Counted from the stretch's first letter, positions 25,021-38,999 are shown. The stretch is 64,000 nt of DNA from Chiloscyllium plagiosum (GCF_004010195.1 NC_057718.1:2248458-2312457); one strand, 5' to 3'. A program made the numbers and translations. Notes: generated by a model not told the origin, from the letters alone.

Positions 25021-25284
25021 GTAGCTCTCCGTCATTGAGGGAGCCACTCTTGCACAACGTATGATCATATCCGGGTTTTTGAGAAATGGTATACCACACC
25101 CATTTCCATGAACAACAATAATCTTTGCTAAGTACAACTTTTTACAGGGAGTGTGGGAGAGAACAACACTGAAAACTCCCACACTTAGATCCCAGTTACA
25201 TGTATCTACCCTTAATATGATGGAGATACTCACGCTCTGTCACAGCAGTGTCTACCATCTACAAGATACACTGTTGTTGGTTAA

Positions 25285-26370
25285 CTAACAGGAAGCAAAG
25301 AGAGGTGCTTTTCTGTGCTTTTCTGGTTGGCAGTCAGTGACTAATGGTGTCCCTCAGGGATTGGTGTTGGGCCACAATTATTCACAATTTACATAGATGA
25401 TGTGGAGTTGGGGACCATGTGTAGTGTGTTAAAGTTTGCAGATGACACTAAAATAGTCGGTAGAATGAAGTGTGCAGAGGACTGTGAAACTTTGCAAAGT
25501 GACATAAATACTTTAAGTGAGTGGGTAAAGGTGTGGCAGATGGCGTACAATGTTAATAAATGTGAAGTCATCCATTTTGGTCGGAGTAACAGTAACATTT
25601 GTTATTACTTGAATGGTAAAAAGAGTCAGCACGCTGCTGTGCAGAGGGACCTGGGTGTCCTTGTGCATGAATCATAGAAGGTTGGTCTGCAGGTACAACA
25701 CATAATTAGGAAGGCAAATGGAATTTTGTCCTTCATTGTTAAAGGGGTTGAGTTTAAAAGCAGGGAGGTTATGTTGCAGCTGTACAAGATGCTGGTCAGG
25801 CCACACCAGGAGTACTGTGTGCAGTTTTGGTCTCCTTACTTGAGAAAGGATGTACCTGCACTGGAGGGGGTGCAGAGGAGGTTCACTCGGTTGGTTCTGG
25901 AATGGAGAGGGTTGGCTTTTGGGGAGAGACTGAGTCAACAGGGATTATATTCATTGGAATTCAGAAGAATGAGAGGGGTTTTACAGAAACATCTAAAATT
26001 AAGAAAGAAGTAGATAAGATAGAAGTAGAGAGGATGTTTCCACTGGCAGGTGAAAGTAGGACAAGAGGGCATAGCCTCCAAATTAGGAGGAGCAGATTTA
26101 GGACTGAATTGAGAAGAAACTTCTTCACCCAGAGGGTTGGGAATCTGTGGAATTCCCTGCCCAGTGAAGTAGGCGAGGCTTCCTCAGTAAATGCTTTTAA
26201 AGCTAAAATAGATTTTGTTTTGATCATAAAGGAACTAAGGGTAATGGTGAGAGGGCGGGTAGGTGGGTCTGAGTCCATGAGAAGATCAGCCAGGATCTTA
26301 TTGAATGGGGGAGCAGGCTCGAGGGGCCAGACGGCCTACTCCTGCCCCTGGTTCTTATGGTCTTATGCTG
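25285..26370 (+). mobile_element. CR1 LINE RT to 3' end
   Basis: GVPQG, KFADDTK, NKCEVIHFG, LVRPHQEYCVQFWSPYLRKD and RNFFTQRV motifs; tcttatgg tail. Confidence 0.92.
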
Positions 26371-26565
26371 TCAGGAACCATAGCCTTTACAAGTAGCCAA
26401 TGTCTCCAACTGTTTTGTGATATCACGTGGAATGAATTGAATTGGCTGAAGACTGGGGACCACTGGAGGAAGCTGAGATGGATCTGTAATAAGCCCCTGC
26501 ATTGAAATCTGACTCTGTCTGGACCACAATAACCTGGGACTGACATCAATGCTTATTTGCATGAA

Positions 26566-26868
26566 CTCACACACACACAAGCACACGCATACACACACAC
26601 AGACACACACTCTTACAGACACACACATGTTCACTCATTCACACCCATAGACACACATACACATACACACACACACACACATATATTGACACATTCACAC
26701 TGACACACGCACTCCCACACCGACACAGATGCTCTCTCACACACACACAGATACACATATGCATACTCACACAAACATACAGACACACACAAACATACAG
26801 ATACACACACTGATACAGACATACACACTCATACAGACATACACATATTCACACACACACACACACAT
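26566..26868. repeat. Degenerate (CA)n microsatellite
   Basis: CA-rich low-complexity run. Confidence 0.9.
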
Positions 26869-27837
26869 AATTTGCTCATTAATATAATTACATTCTGTGA
26901 GCTCCATCCAACAATAACTGCTCTCTCTCAAATGTCATGTGCTCACTGGAAACAACATACAGCAATGTGCTGAGATACTTCAGAAGCTCATTATAGACAT
27001 GAACCAAAGAGAGTGGGGTCTGTCAGGGACCAAGAGTTCCGTTACAAATGTGGGTTTTAATGAGCCACTTAGGGGCAAGTTTCAGAAGAAACTTGCAGAC
27101 CTTTAGGCCCAGACAGCTTGGCACACAGCTGTACCAGACCACGCATGGTGCATCAATGTGTAAAAGAGGGATCTTGAAAGGATTTCAGGTTGGAGGAGAT
27201 GACAGAGGGATGGAGCTCTTAGACAAGGTCAAAAATTCCTGCCTTTATAAAGGGGGCAAGAAATGAAAGGGTTCTAACTGGGGGCAGGGGTTTTGGTGAA
27301 TTAGTTACCGGGATTGGAATATTGCAGACGTTTTTGAATTTATGGTTAATGTTCATGAGGTCTTTGTCTTCCTGAATGGAGCCTTTGATTTGACAGGGAC
27401 AGGAATGGGAAGAAGTTTGGCAAAGGACGGAGACTTATCTTTTCCTTTTCTGTTTTAATGAGAAACAGAGTAGATAGGAGCAGGAGTAGCCATTTGGCCC
27501 TTCGAGCCTGCTCTGTCTGGGGGCGTATACAGACACAGGGGCTTCCAGAGACCATCCTGCAGCTGCCGGCAGTGAACCCAGGACAATTCCAAAGGGGAAA
27601 TATCTGGATCATTCCTTTTGCCTCTTTAGGTGAACCCCAAAAAAGAGGCTTTCACTTGGCCCAGCTTTGGTAAGCAGCCCAGATAGTGAATGGACTCATT
27701 CCCTGATGCAGGAATGCAGCCAATCAAAAGGCAGCTCAAACACCAGTCACACATTCAACAATCCAACAACGAAACACACAATGTCCAAACTAGTCTTGCC
27801 CATGGGCCCAACTCTCTCTAACACATTGTATTGGAAC

Positions 27838-28036
27838 AAAAAAAGTCACCATAGTCTTACCAAGCTATAGGGCTCACTGAACAGAGAGAGAGCCAACTGG
27901 TGGGGTTTAACCTGAGGGTCACCATACCCCAGGTGAGGGGAGTTCCTTCACGGTAACCTCAGCTGGTGTGGGAATTGAACTCACGCTGTTGGCTTCACTA
28001 ACCAGCCATCCAGCCAACTGACCTACCCGTCCCCCC
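27838..28036 (-). mobile_element. tRNA-derived SINE (third family)
   Basis: Reverse complement begins gggg..taggtcagttgg (A box) ... gagttcaattcc (B box) and ends in a T-rich tail. Confidence 0.65.
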
Positions 28037-29324
28037 ACACTTTGTAACAACTCACCACTCCATTAGCTGAAACAGAGACTTCTCTGGGTTTGCAGAGGGA
28101 GCAGAAACATTTCCTGAAGCCTCTCAGTGTCATTAAAATATTTTAAATGGGGATTAATCTTGTGCTTCCCCCTGCAATCTCTTCTGCAGCCTCTGTGGGA
28201 CTGGCTGTGTGAGTGAACACCTGCCCTGGTCTCCTAACGCATCAATAACATGCAACTTTACAGCAATTTCTGTTTTATTTGGAAAGGGTGCTTCAGGTCT
28301 ATTCATTTCAATTCCTCAAACTGCAGGCCATCGGTGGATAAACTGGTCAATGGTTAGGCTTTAGAATGTGAGACACCGAAGGAACCCTGAAATTTGAATT
28401 CCTAAATTCTAGCAGTGCAATTGTCAGCTGGATGCCTGAAAGATGACAATGTACCAGTCTGAATCTGGTGAGGCCTAATGCTCTTCCAACAAAAAAACCA
28501 TCTGGAGTGGGCACCCAGTAAATAATCCATCAATGAGCTGAACACGACGTGATGGTCAGGAATCCCATGGCTGTCCCCTCCATCCATCAGCTGAAGCAGG
28601 GGGGAAGATTAGCTGCCTCTATCAGAGGGGTGGGTTCTCTCCCGTGGTGCCCCCACCCTGTCTGCACACTGGGGGTACACACTGCTGCTTGATGGTGGAC
28701 AGAGTGAATGTTGAAGGAGCCACCCAGTCAGGTTGCTGTGTCCTGGATGGTGCCGAGCACCATCACTGGGCGCTGTATGAACAAGGATCTCCAGAGCAGA
28801 ATGATATCACAGACACAGAGTGTCTCGTGAGAAACTGCCCAACATCAGTCATAATTCTTCCTGTTTCAGTGTCATGAGCAAAGTGAAAATATAGAAGTTG
28901 GTGACAGGGTGGCAGGAAATTAGCTGGCTTGGCTAAAACTGATACATAATTAAGGAAGTGAAAGCTCCTTTGACTGAATACAAAAGCCAATCTTTTCAAT
29001 AATTGAGCATCCACATCCCTCCGGGGCAGAGAGTTCCAAAGGGTACCCACCGCTGAATGCATTTTTCCCTGTCATCATGGTAAATTGCTGTTCCTGAGAG
29101 CAAGCTGTCTCAGTTTGATGATGATGTGGAGCTGGGTTGGAAAGCCCACTGTGAGTTGCACATGGAGGCTGCAATGAGTGGGCCCCAAGGTGAAAGCAAC
29201 TTAACCTGGCAAAGGATAAAACAGCAAATGGACAGAAGGACAGGAATCATACCTGCTTTAATTTCACAAGGTATGACTGTGATCGCATCTTATCCCTGTC
29301 TGCAATTTTAGGTTCAATATTTGT

Positions 29325-30250
29325 CATTTGCTGTTTGTCATTTTCATAAATGACCTGGATGAGGGCTTGGAAGGATGGGTTAGTAAATTTGTGGATGACA
29401 CTACAGTCAGTAGAGTTGTGTATAGTGCTGAAGGATATTGCAGGTTACAGAGGGACATAGATAGGCTGCAGAGCTGGGCTGAGAGGTGGCGAATAGAGTT
29501 TAATGCGGAAAAATGTGAGGTGATTCCTTTGGAAGGAGTAACAGGAATGCTGATATTGGGCTAAAGGTAAGATTCTTGGTTGTGTAGATGAGCAGCGAGA
29601 GCTCGGTGTCCAGGTACATAGATCCTTGAAAGTTGCCATCCAGGTTGATGGTGATGTAATGAAGGCGTACGGTGTGTTAGCTTTTATTGGTAGAGGGAGT
29701 AAGTTTCGGAGCCATGAGGTCATAATGCAGCTGTACAAAACTTTGATGCGACCGCACTTTGGGAATTGCGTACAGTTCTGGTCACTGCATTATAGGAAGG
29801 ATGTGGAAGCTTTGGAAAGGGTTCAGAGGAGATTAACTTAGGATGTTGCCTGGTACGAAGGGAAGGTCTCGTGAGAAAAGGCTGAGGGACTTGAGGCTGT
29901 TTTTGTTAGAGAGAAGCAGGTTAGATAGGGTGAACAGTGAGAGCCTTTTTCCTAGGATGGTGATGTCAAGCACGAGGGGACATTGCTTTAAATTGAGGGG
30001 TGATAGATGTAGAACAGATTCTGAGGTAGTTTCTTTACTCAGAGAGTAGAAGGGGCGTGGAACAGCCTGCCTGCAACAGTAGTAGACTCAACAACTTGAA
30101 GGGCATTTAAATGGTCATTGGATAAACATATGGACGAGAATAGAATAGTGTGGGTTAGATGGGTTTCAGATTGGTATCACAGGTCGGTACAACATCGAGG
30201 GCCGAAGGGCCTGTACTGCGCTGTAACGTCCTATGTTCTATGTTCTATTT
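29325..30250 (+). mobile_element. CR1 LINE RT to 3' end
   Basis: LFVIFINDLDEG..SKFVDDT and LYKTLMRPH motifs; (ctatgtt)n tail. Confidence 0.92.
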
Positions 30251-30491
30251 CAGCTTTGATTTCTGAAGATAGTGCAGTGAAGGTTCACGAGATAGGCCCC
30301 TGGAAACTAGTTGCATAGGAAAAGGAGGAGTTTGAACTTGGTTCATAATAAATAGGAAAGTGTGTTATACTGGAGTCAGATTTATCAGGACTGGTAAAGT
30401 TTATTGAGAGCTGTAGGGTTTATTAAGTTGAGACCAAGTTGAATAATGTTAATATACAGAAACTAAAGTAAAATAAAGTTAATGAAAGTGG

Positions 30492-30684
30492 CTGAAAATG
30501 TGTTGCTGGAAAAGCGCAGCAGGTCAGGCAACATCCAAGGAGCAGGAGAATCGACCCTTCTTCAGGAAGGCTCATGCCCGAAACGTCGATTCTCCTGTTC
30601 CTTGGATGCTGCCTGACCTGCTGCGCTTTTCCAGCAACACATTTTCAGCTCTGATCTCCAGCATCTGCAGACCTCACTTTCTCC
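30492..30684. mobile_element. Fold-back Penelope-derived element (family A) with 13-bp TSD
   Basis: Inverted arms; centre retains atgcccgaaacgtcga; TSD TTAATGAAAGTGG at 30479-30491 and 30685-30697. Confidence 0.88.
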
Positions 30685-30704
30685 TTAATGAAAGTGGGTC
30701 TAGT

Positions 30705-31670
30705 TAAGGCATGGCAGGGCAGCTCAATCCTGTGGAATGTGTAGTATGTGCGAGGTCATGGATTCAGCCTGTGAGCTAGGTAACCAAATGTGCAGAGCCT
30801 GAGCTTGAGTCGTGTCTGAAGTTAGGGTAGCATTGTTCACGAGGCTGAGGGCTCTATGACGAACATGCTCTGCGAGGTGGTCACATTACAGCCCTGAGAT
30901 ATAGAGCCAGACATGGAATGGATAGCCATCAGGCAGTCCTAGGGACACAGGCAGGAACTCTGGTCAGGGCAATGTCCCTCAGAGAAATTCAGTTGGAGCT
31001 AAGTTTGAGGAGCTCAGGTGTATGGCAGTGGGGGTGAGGAGGAGAAGAGGGGAAGACTAGCACTGATAGAGGATTCTTCAGTAAAAAGGAACAGACAGGC
31101 CTTTCTGAGGCTGGGAATGTGATTCCATGATGGTATATTGCCCCTTTGGTACCAGGATCAGGGGCTGTCGTTGTCGGAAATAGCTGTGGAGGAGAGTGAC
31201 CAGCCTGAGAACATGGTCCATGTACCTGTCAGTGAATTAGGTTCTGAAGTTCCTGGGAACAGGCAGACAGGCAGGAAATTGAAAGGCAGGACCTCAAGAG
31301 CTGTAAGCTCAGGAAGACTCCCAGTGCCATTTGCTAGTAAACAGAGAAGCGCAAGGGTGAGAGGCTGGAAAACTGGTGTAGACGGGAGGACTTCAGGTTT
31401 CAGAGGCTGGTCCAGGGGCAGCTAGGATTCATACAGGATGGACAGAGCGAGGCCAGGAGCAACATCCTTGTAGGGGGATTTGCTCGTGTTATAGAGAGAG
31501 AGGGATTGAGAGGGAACTCGATTCAAGAGAAACTGGGAGCAGCACGGAGAAAAGTAGCAAGCAAAGAGAGAAGACAGACAAAGCAACTGGCGAGAATCAG
31601 ATAACATCCCAATGGGAAATAATATCAAAGAAGCTGAATTAAAGGCACGATATCTGAATGCAGACAGTGC
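30705..31670 (+). mobile_element. Degraded CR1 5' region (ORF1 zinc-finger/esterase remnant)
   Basis: Colinear resemblance to ORF1 at 58737-59476 (gataggggattc = IGD-like, ..gattccatgatggtatattgcc.. region), with many stops. Confidence 0.6.
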
Positions 31671-32339
31671 TAGATGAGTTGAATGTGTAAACTGGGTAAA
31701 TGCAGAAGATGGGGCAAATGAGTTGAAACTGAGATGAGGAGGAATTTCTTCACTTAGAGGGTGATGAGTCTTTGGTATTCCCTAGCTCCCTGGGCCCTGC
31801 TGAAGATCGGTTAATGAGGAAGGTCAAAACTGAAAGGGATGGATCTCTTCAGGAGGCTGACACCATCAGGGATATCGAGGTACTGTGGGAAAATAGTATT
31901 GAGGAGAATTAATTGAATGGTGGAGCAGGTTTGATGGGCTGAATGGCCTATTCCTGTGCTGATGTTCACAAAGACAATTGTCCTACTGTAGTTCCAGTTT
32001 TTTCCTTGTTATCCTGAGAGGGTGAATCTCTAAGCTAGAGAAAATGAACTCTTAATATCTAACCTCTTACAGCAAGAGCAGTCAATACTGCACTGGCCGG
32101 CAACACCTTTAGCTCAAAACATTAAACAAAACCTTTTAATAACCTTTCAATGACATCACTGCTCAGTTTTCAAACCAGAGATCCAGTCAGCTCCATCTCT
32201 ACTTATTGGAAAAGCCTGTCATCACAGGAATCAACCTCATCAACTTTTGCTTCATGCTCCATAGGGAAGGATGCCTTTTCTTTGGGATAAGGACTTTAAG
32301 CGGATACACTATTCCCTGCTGTGGCCTCACTGTGGATTC

Positions 32340-33717
32340 ACATGTGATCCAAGGAAAGTGATGGGATCAGACGGAGTACAAGGCCGTGCACTCAGAGTAT
32401 GCGCAGATCAACCGGCAGAGGTCTTCTCGGACATCTTCAACCTCTCCCTGCAGCAGGCCACTGTCCCTGCCTGTTTCAAGAGGCCAACATCATCCCTGTA
32501 CCTAAGAAGGGTCATGCAGCATGTCTCAATGACTACCGCCCAGTGGCCCTAACCTCAGTGGTCATGAAGTGCTTTGAAAAACCGGTCATGGCATGAATCA
32601 TTATTCAACAATGATGAAGAGCTCCTGCCCAAAACGTTGATTTTCCTGCTCCTCGGATGTTGCCTGACCTGCTGTGCATTTCCAGCACCACTCTAATCTT
32701 GACATTAATGAACTCCAGCCTCCCCACTACTCTTGACCCACTCCAATTTGCCGATCTGACCAACAGATCCATATCAGATGCCATATCCCTTGCCCTTCAC
32801 TTCTCCCTAGAACATCTTGACACCAAGAACAGCTACGTAAGAATCCTACCCATTGACTACAGTTCAGCCTTCAACACTGTTATCCCCTCGAGACTGATTA
32901 CTAAACTTCCTGATCTCGGACTAAGCCCCATCCTCAGTTTCCTGACCCACAGGCCACAATCAGTGAAGACTGGGGACAATATTTCATCCTCACTAACACT
33001 CAACACTGAAGCCCCCCAGGGGTGCGTACTGTGACTCCTACTGTACTCACTGTATACCCATGACTGCGTCGCCACATACCAGACTAATACCATTTACAAG
33101 TTCGCTGACGACACCACTATAGTCGGTCGAATCTCAGATGGCGATGAAACAGACTACAGACAGGAGGTGGAAGACCTGGAAAAATGATGCACTGAGAAAA
33201 ACCTAGCTCTCAATGCTGGCAAAGTCAAGGAATGTATTATTGACTGTCAGTAGGATGTTACTCATGCCCCCTACACATTAACAGCACAGAGGTGGAATGA
33301 GTGGAGAGTGTCAAGCTCCTGGGAATGGTCATCCACAACAAGCTTTCTTGGACTCTTCATGTGGATGCACTGGTTACAAAGGCCTAACAACGTCTCTTCT
33401 TCATCAGGCGGCTGAGGAAATTTGGCATGATGGTGAATACCTTTCTCTGGATTAGTGGTGCTGGAAGAGCACAGCAGTTCAGGCAGCATCCAAGGAGCTT
33501 CGAAATCTACATTTCGGGCAAAAGCCCTTCATCAGGATTGACAACTTTTATAGGTGCATCATAGAGAGCATTCTGTCTGGATGTGTCACTACCTGGTATG
33601 GTAACTGTACCATTCAAGATTGGAGACGGTTACAGAGAGTGGTGAACTCGGCCCAGACAATCACAAAGGCCAACCTCCCATCTATAGAATCCATCTACCA
33701 GGCCCTCTGTCAAGGAA
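32340..33717 (+). mobile_element. Rex1/Babar-clade LINE RT fragment carrying two Penelope-derived insertions (about 32600-32705 and 33445-33537)
   Basis: ADQPAEVFSDIFNLSL, CLNDYRPVALTSVVMKCFE, LDPLQFA, DYSSAFNTVIP, PQGCVL and KFADD motifs; stops and frameshifts; ends at a gap. Confidence 0.88.
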
Positions 33718-34355
33718 NNNNNNNNNNNNNNNNNNNNNNNNNNNNNNNNNNNNNNNNNNNNNNNNNNNNNNNNNNNNNNNNNNNNNNNNNNNNNNNNNNN
33801 NNNNNNNNNNNNNNNNNNNNNNNNNNNNNNNNNNNNNNNNNNNNNNNNNNNNNNNNNNNNNNNNNNNNNNNNNNNNNNNNNNNNNNNNNNNNNNNNNNNN
33901 NNNNNNNNNNNNNNNNNNNNNNNNNNNNNNNNNNNNNNNNNNNNNNNNNNNNNNNNNNNNNNNNNNNNNNNNNNNNNNNNNNNNNNNNNNNNNNNNNNNN
34001 NNNNNNNNNNNNNNNNNNNNNNNNNNNNNNNNNNNNNNNNNNNNNNNNNNNNNNNNNNNNNNNNNNNNNNNNNNNNNNNNNNNNNNNNNNNNNNNNNNNN
34101 NNNNNNNNNNNNNNNNNNNNNNNNNNNNNNNNNNNNNNNNNNNNNNNNNNNNNNNNNNNNNNNNNNNNNNNNNNNNNNNNNNNNNNNNNNNNNNNNNNNN
34201 NNNNNNNNNNNNNNNNNNNNNNNNNNNNNNNNNNNNNNNNNNNNNNNNNNNNNNNNNNNNNNNNNNNNNNNNNNNNNNNNNNNNNNNNNNNNNNNNNNNN
34301 NNNNNNNNNNNNNNNNNNNNNNNNNNNNNNNNNNNNNNNNNNNNNNNNNNNNNNN

Positions 34356-36057
34356 TCAGGGTCACTCTCACTGACCTCAGGCCCAGGGTCACTCTCACTG
34401 ACCTCAGGGTTAGGGTCACTCTCACCGACCTCGGTCCCAGCCTCAGGGTCACTCTCACTGACCTCAGGGTTAGGGTCACTCTCACCGACCTCGGTCCCAG
34501 CCTCAGGGTCACTCTCACTGACCTCAGGGTTAGGGTCACTCTCACCGACCTCGGTCCCAGCCTCAGGGTCACTCTCACTGACCTCAGGGTTAGGGTCACT
34601 CTCACCGACCTCGGTCCCAGCCTCAGGGTCACTCTCACTGACCTCAGGGTTAGGGTCACTCTCACCGACCTCGGTCCCAGCCTCAGGGTCACTCTCACTG
34701 ACCTCAGGGTTAGGGTCACTCTCACCGACCTCGGTCCCAGCCTCAGGGTCACTCTCACTGACCTCAGGGTTAGGGTCACTCTCACCGACCTCGGTCCCAG
34801 CCTCAGGGTCACTCTCACTGACCTCAGGGTCACTCTCACTGACCTCAGGGTCACTCTCACTGACCTCAGGGTCACTCTCACTGACCTCAGGGTCACTCTC
34901 ACTGACCTCAGGGTTAGGGTCACTCTTACCGACCTCGGTCTCAGTCCCAGGGTTACTCTCACCGACCTCGGTCTCAGCCCCAGGGTCACTCTCACTGACC
35001 TCAGGGTTAGGGTCACTCTCACCGACCTCGGTCTCAGCCCCAGGGTCACTCTCACTGACCTCAGGGTCAGGGTCACTCTCACTGACCTCAGTCTCACACC
35101 CAGGGTCACTCTCACTGACCTTAGGATTAGGGTCACTCTCACTGACCTCGGTCTCAGTCTCAGGGTCACTCTCATTGACCTCCACCTCAGTCTCAGGGTC
35201 ACTCTCACTGACCTCAGGGTCACTCTCACTGACCTCGGTCTCAGTCTCAGGGTCACTCTCACTGACCTCAGGATCAGGGTCACTCTCACTGACCTCAGTT
35301 TCAGTCTCAGGGTCACTCTCAATGACCTCAGGGTCAGGGTCACTCTCACCGACCTCGGTCTTAGTCCCAGGGTCACTCTCACTGACCTCAGGGTTAGGGT
35401 CACTCTCACCGACCTCGGTCACAGTCCCAGGGTCACTCTCACTGACCTCGGTTTCAGCTCAGGGTCACTCTCACTGACCTCAGGGTCAGGGTCACTCTCA
35501 CTGACCTCGGTCTCAGCCCCAGGGTCACTTTGACCTCAGGGTTAGGGTCACTCTCACCAACCTCGGTTTCAGTCTCAGGGTCACTCTCACTGACCTCAGG
35601 GTCAGGGTCACTCTCACCGACCTCGGTCTCAGCCCCAGGGTCACTTTGACCTCAGGGTTAGGGTCACTCTCACCGACCTCGGTCTCAGCCCCAGGGTCAC
35701 TCTCACTGACCTCAGGGTTAGGGTCACTCACTGACCTCGGTCTCAGCCTCAGCGTCACTCTCACTGACCTCAGGGTCAGGGTCACTTTCACCGACCTCGG
35801 TCTCAGCGCCAGGGTCACTCTCACTGACCTTAGGATTAGGATTACTCTCACCGACCTCGGTCTCAGTCCCAGGGTCACTCTCGTTGACCCCCGCCTCAGT
35901 CTCAGGGTCACTCTCACTGACCTCAGGGCCAGGATCACTCTCACTGTCCTCTGTCTCAGTCCCAGGGTCACTCTCATTGACCTCCGCCTCAGTCTCAGGG
36001 TTACTCTCACTGATCTCAGAGTCAGGATCACTCTCACTGACCTGAGGGCCAGTCTCA
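34356..36057. repeat. Minisatellite: 21-bp monomer CAGGGTCACTCTCACTGACCT with 60-bp higher-order unit
   Basis: Six identical 60-mers at 34441-34800, pure 21-mers at about 34804-34910, degenerating rightwards; left end lost in the gap. Confidence 0.97.
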
Positions 36058-38236
36058 ATGTTAGTGTGAGTTGTGTTACAGACATGAGAGGATTAAGATT
36101 GCTTTTTTGGGGATATGCCTTTCATTTCAGGGAGAAATGAAAAGATTCTCTGTGGCCTGTTGTGGAGTTGGCTTGGCTGCAGACCGTCGAGGTTTGATTG
36201 TTGGAGACGATTGAGGACTCAGACTGTTACATCAGGGAAAAGAAGCAAGGTGTTATCAGGAAACAGACTTGAGTCTCCAAAGTCCCAGGGAACTCTGGGA
36301 GAATATCAGGTTGTAAATGTTTATGTTCTAAACTCTCTGTTTATTTCAAAGGTAAATGAATGGACCATCAGCATCTCTTCCTGGATACATGGTCCATGGG
36401 ATTCATATTGCCAGGGCTTTGAGAGGGAAAGAGTCTTTAGTATCCCAGAAATTAACAGAGAGGTTACCTGTTAAAATACAGGAAAGCGAGAGCAGCCGTA
36501 AGCAGCAAGATGTTGTGGCTCAGTGTGTGGGAAGGCAGGTCTGAGCTCACACTCAGTCTGAAAAGATCAAATGCACAAGAAGTTTATCAAAGGTGGAAAA
36601 TCTGCCCTAGTGAGTACTAGAGGGGAAAGCTCTGGGGAAAACAACACTGCAAAAGACAGGGGAATTGGCAATGTACTAGTATCGTTACTGGAGCTAATAC
36701 TTGAGAGTGTAAATTCAAAACTGGGGGAATCTATCTCAGCCTTGAATATACACAAGGACTGTGCCCTCACAGCTCTCTCTGAGCAAGGAGTTCCAAAGAT
36801 TCATAACCCTCTGAGAGAGGAAATCCCTCCTCCTCTCAGTCTGAAATCGGTGCCTCGTTATTCTGAGACTGTGCCCTCTGGTCCTAGACTGTCCCCATGA
36901 GGGGACCATAAAACCATTGATCATTTATTGTGCTGTTTATTAACATTCCATCTGGTTCAGAAATGCCCTTTGAGGAAGGAAATCTGCCATCCTGACCCAA
37001 TCTGGCCAACACGTCACTTCAGCAGTAATGTGGTTGACTCTTAACTGCCTTCTGAATTGCTGAAGCAGTCCACTCTGTTCAAAGACAATTAGGGCAGGCA
37101 CATTCTGATCTTGTAAATGATGCCCTCATTCTGTCATAGGAGTCATAAAGACATGCTCTGTGCCTTTTCTATCTCCTTTTTTTGAGGGTGCTATTCTTTT
37201 TCTTCAGCAGTGCGAGTTGTGATACCTGCTGGCAGGTTCCTACTTCTTACAGCCAATGGATTGTTCTGTCAGTGAAGCCTATCCTGTCCAGGCACGAGGT
37301 CTGCAAGTTCAATCATTGTGAATGGTCGGCTGAGGATCAACTCCTTTCAATCCTCTCATTTTCTTTCACCTTCTGGACCATGTCCAAGGAATCCTGTGAT
37401 CCACATGGAAGCATCCAGAACTTCATCAAACAATTCCTAACATTCGGTGTCTAATGTTAGAAATCACACCCTGACTATTTGTAATGGTGGTCACTATTTG
37501 TGGATGCTGGGTATTGTGTGACGGAAATGGTGAGCAGAGAGAGTTCAGTTGGGAAGTGTGTCAGACTGCTGGACTGATGCAGTTTGGAGCCCTTTAGAAG
37601 AATGCTATAATTGATTAATAATAAAAAGCAAAGCCAAGAACTGATGTCCTCTGGGAATAAGCCTCAACAGGTCCTCGAGGTTACACAGTGAGGTGGATTG
37701 TGCCTGGGGACCAAGCTGCCTTCCTCTTCAGATCTCCTCTGTGTGAGGAAGGGTCACCATGAATGATTTTATAAAGAGCCCTTTATTTGAATCTCTTCTA
37801 AGGGGACACGTCATTATCTGGAATATGCCCTTCCAGCATGTTTGTTGCAATATCTCAGATGTCATTTAGTTTAAAATGGTGGTGAGGTTGTATTGCAGAC
37901 TGACCTGTGTAAAAAGTGCAGTTAATGTTCATAGATTCACCTGTCACTCAAAGTTGAGTGTCTCAAAATGTTTGTGTTTTTTATATATTGTGGACTGAAA
38001 TGAAAATTAACTGTTTGAAGGTGAGTATTTTAAGGAATTGCTGCATGTCTTGAACAGCAAGTCACCTGACACTTGTGGGAAGCATTATTTAATCAGCGAC
38101 TTGACCAAGCGGGAAGTGAAGTGGTCGCAGACAAACTGCAGTCAAGGGGTTCTGCGTACAGATGCAGCTGGGTGGCAACAAGCTGTTGATTGTACTAAAG
38201 ACTGGTGACCAGTTATTGATGACAAATCCTTTTGCT

Positions 38237-38999
38237 TGTCAACACGGCAGTGAACCCTTCTGGAAATTAAACCAAACACCCAGAAAAGCTGACCTCACCT
38301 TGTAATCTGTTAAAGTAGGAGTGACAGAGAACTCCCAACTTCCACTATTTAAAGAAAGAAAAAACAATTTATTCATTAATTCTAAAATTGAACATTAACA
38401 ACAACTATTTACAACTCTAAACCTCCTTTCTCTTAAAGGTTTGTTACCTAACTCCAACTCTATCACAATGTACTAATCCAATAAAAGCTCCTATTAAAAT
38501 TACATCAACTTAATTTTCTAAACCACCCAGCAGCTGTTGTTATTGGTGTCGGTCTTTTATCAGCTACAGATCTCCCTGGGTCGTCTTTGGTCTTTTGCTG
38601 CAGAGATGTTTCAGATGAAAAAGGTACCTTTAATAAAGAGTGTTTTGATTGGCAGTCTCTCTCTTTTGATGGCAGTTTACTCTCTCACTGGCTAACTCTC
38701 AAAATGCTGGCTACTTTACATGCCAAGCATTGGATCGTCTCATTGGTTTAATGCTGTCAAAACAGTAAAATTCAAATTCACTTGGATTTTAGTGTCCTGG
38801 GCATAATTTAAACTGATTGGTTAAATTCAAATGGTAGTCAAAACAACTGAGGTCTCTAGTTTACAGCCAAATGTTACATATTTTAAATTTTCCAGTACAC
38901 TCTGAGAATGCTAGTCAGTCACATGACTGCAAACCCTCACTGCCAAAGCAGCCTTCACTCTCTTTTAAAGGTACAGTACACACCTTCAACTTCATAATA
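38237..38999. mobile_element. Solo LTR-like segment
   Basis: About 760 bp, begins TGT and ends cataata (decayed TAACA); non-coding; TSD not clear. Confidence 0.45.

Noticed and set aside
33620..35533. Long ORFs (570-637 aa) of RVTLTDL / SGSLSLT / EVSESDP repeats
   Set aside because: They span an N gap and are open in several frames on both strands simply because the repeat units are multiples of 3 and lack stops; frames break further right.
34356..36057. CRISPR-like array
   Set aside because: No unique spacers, no cas genes, and vertebrate context.
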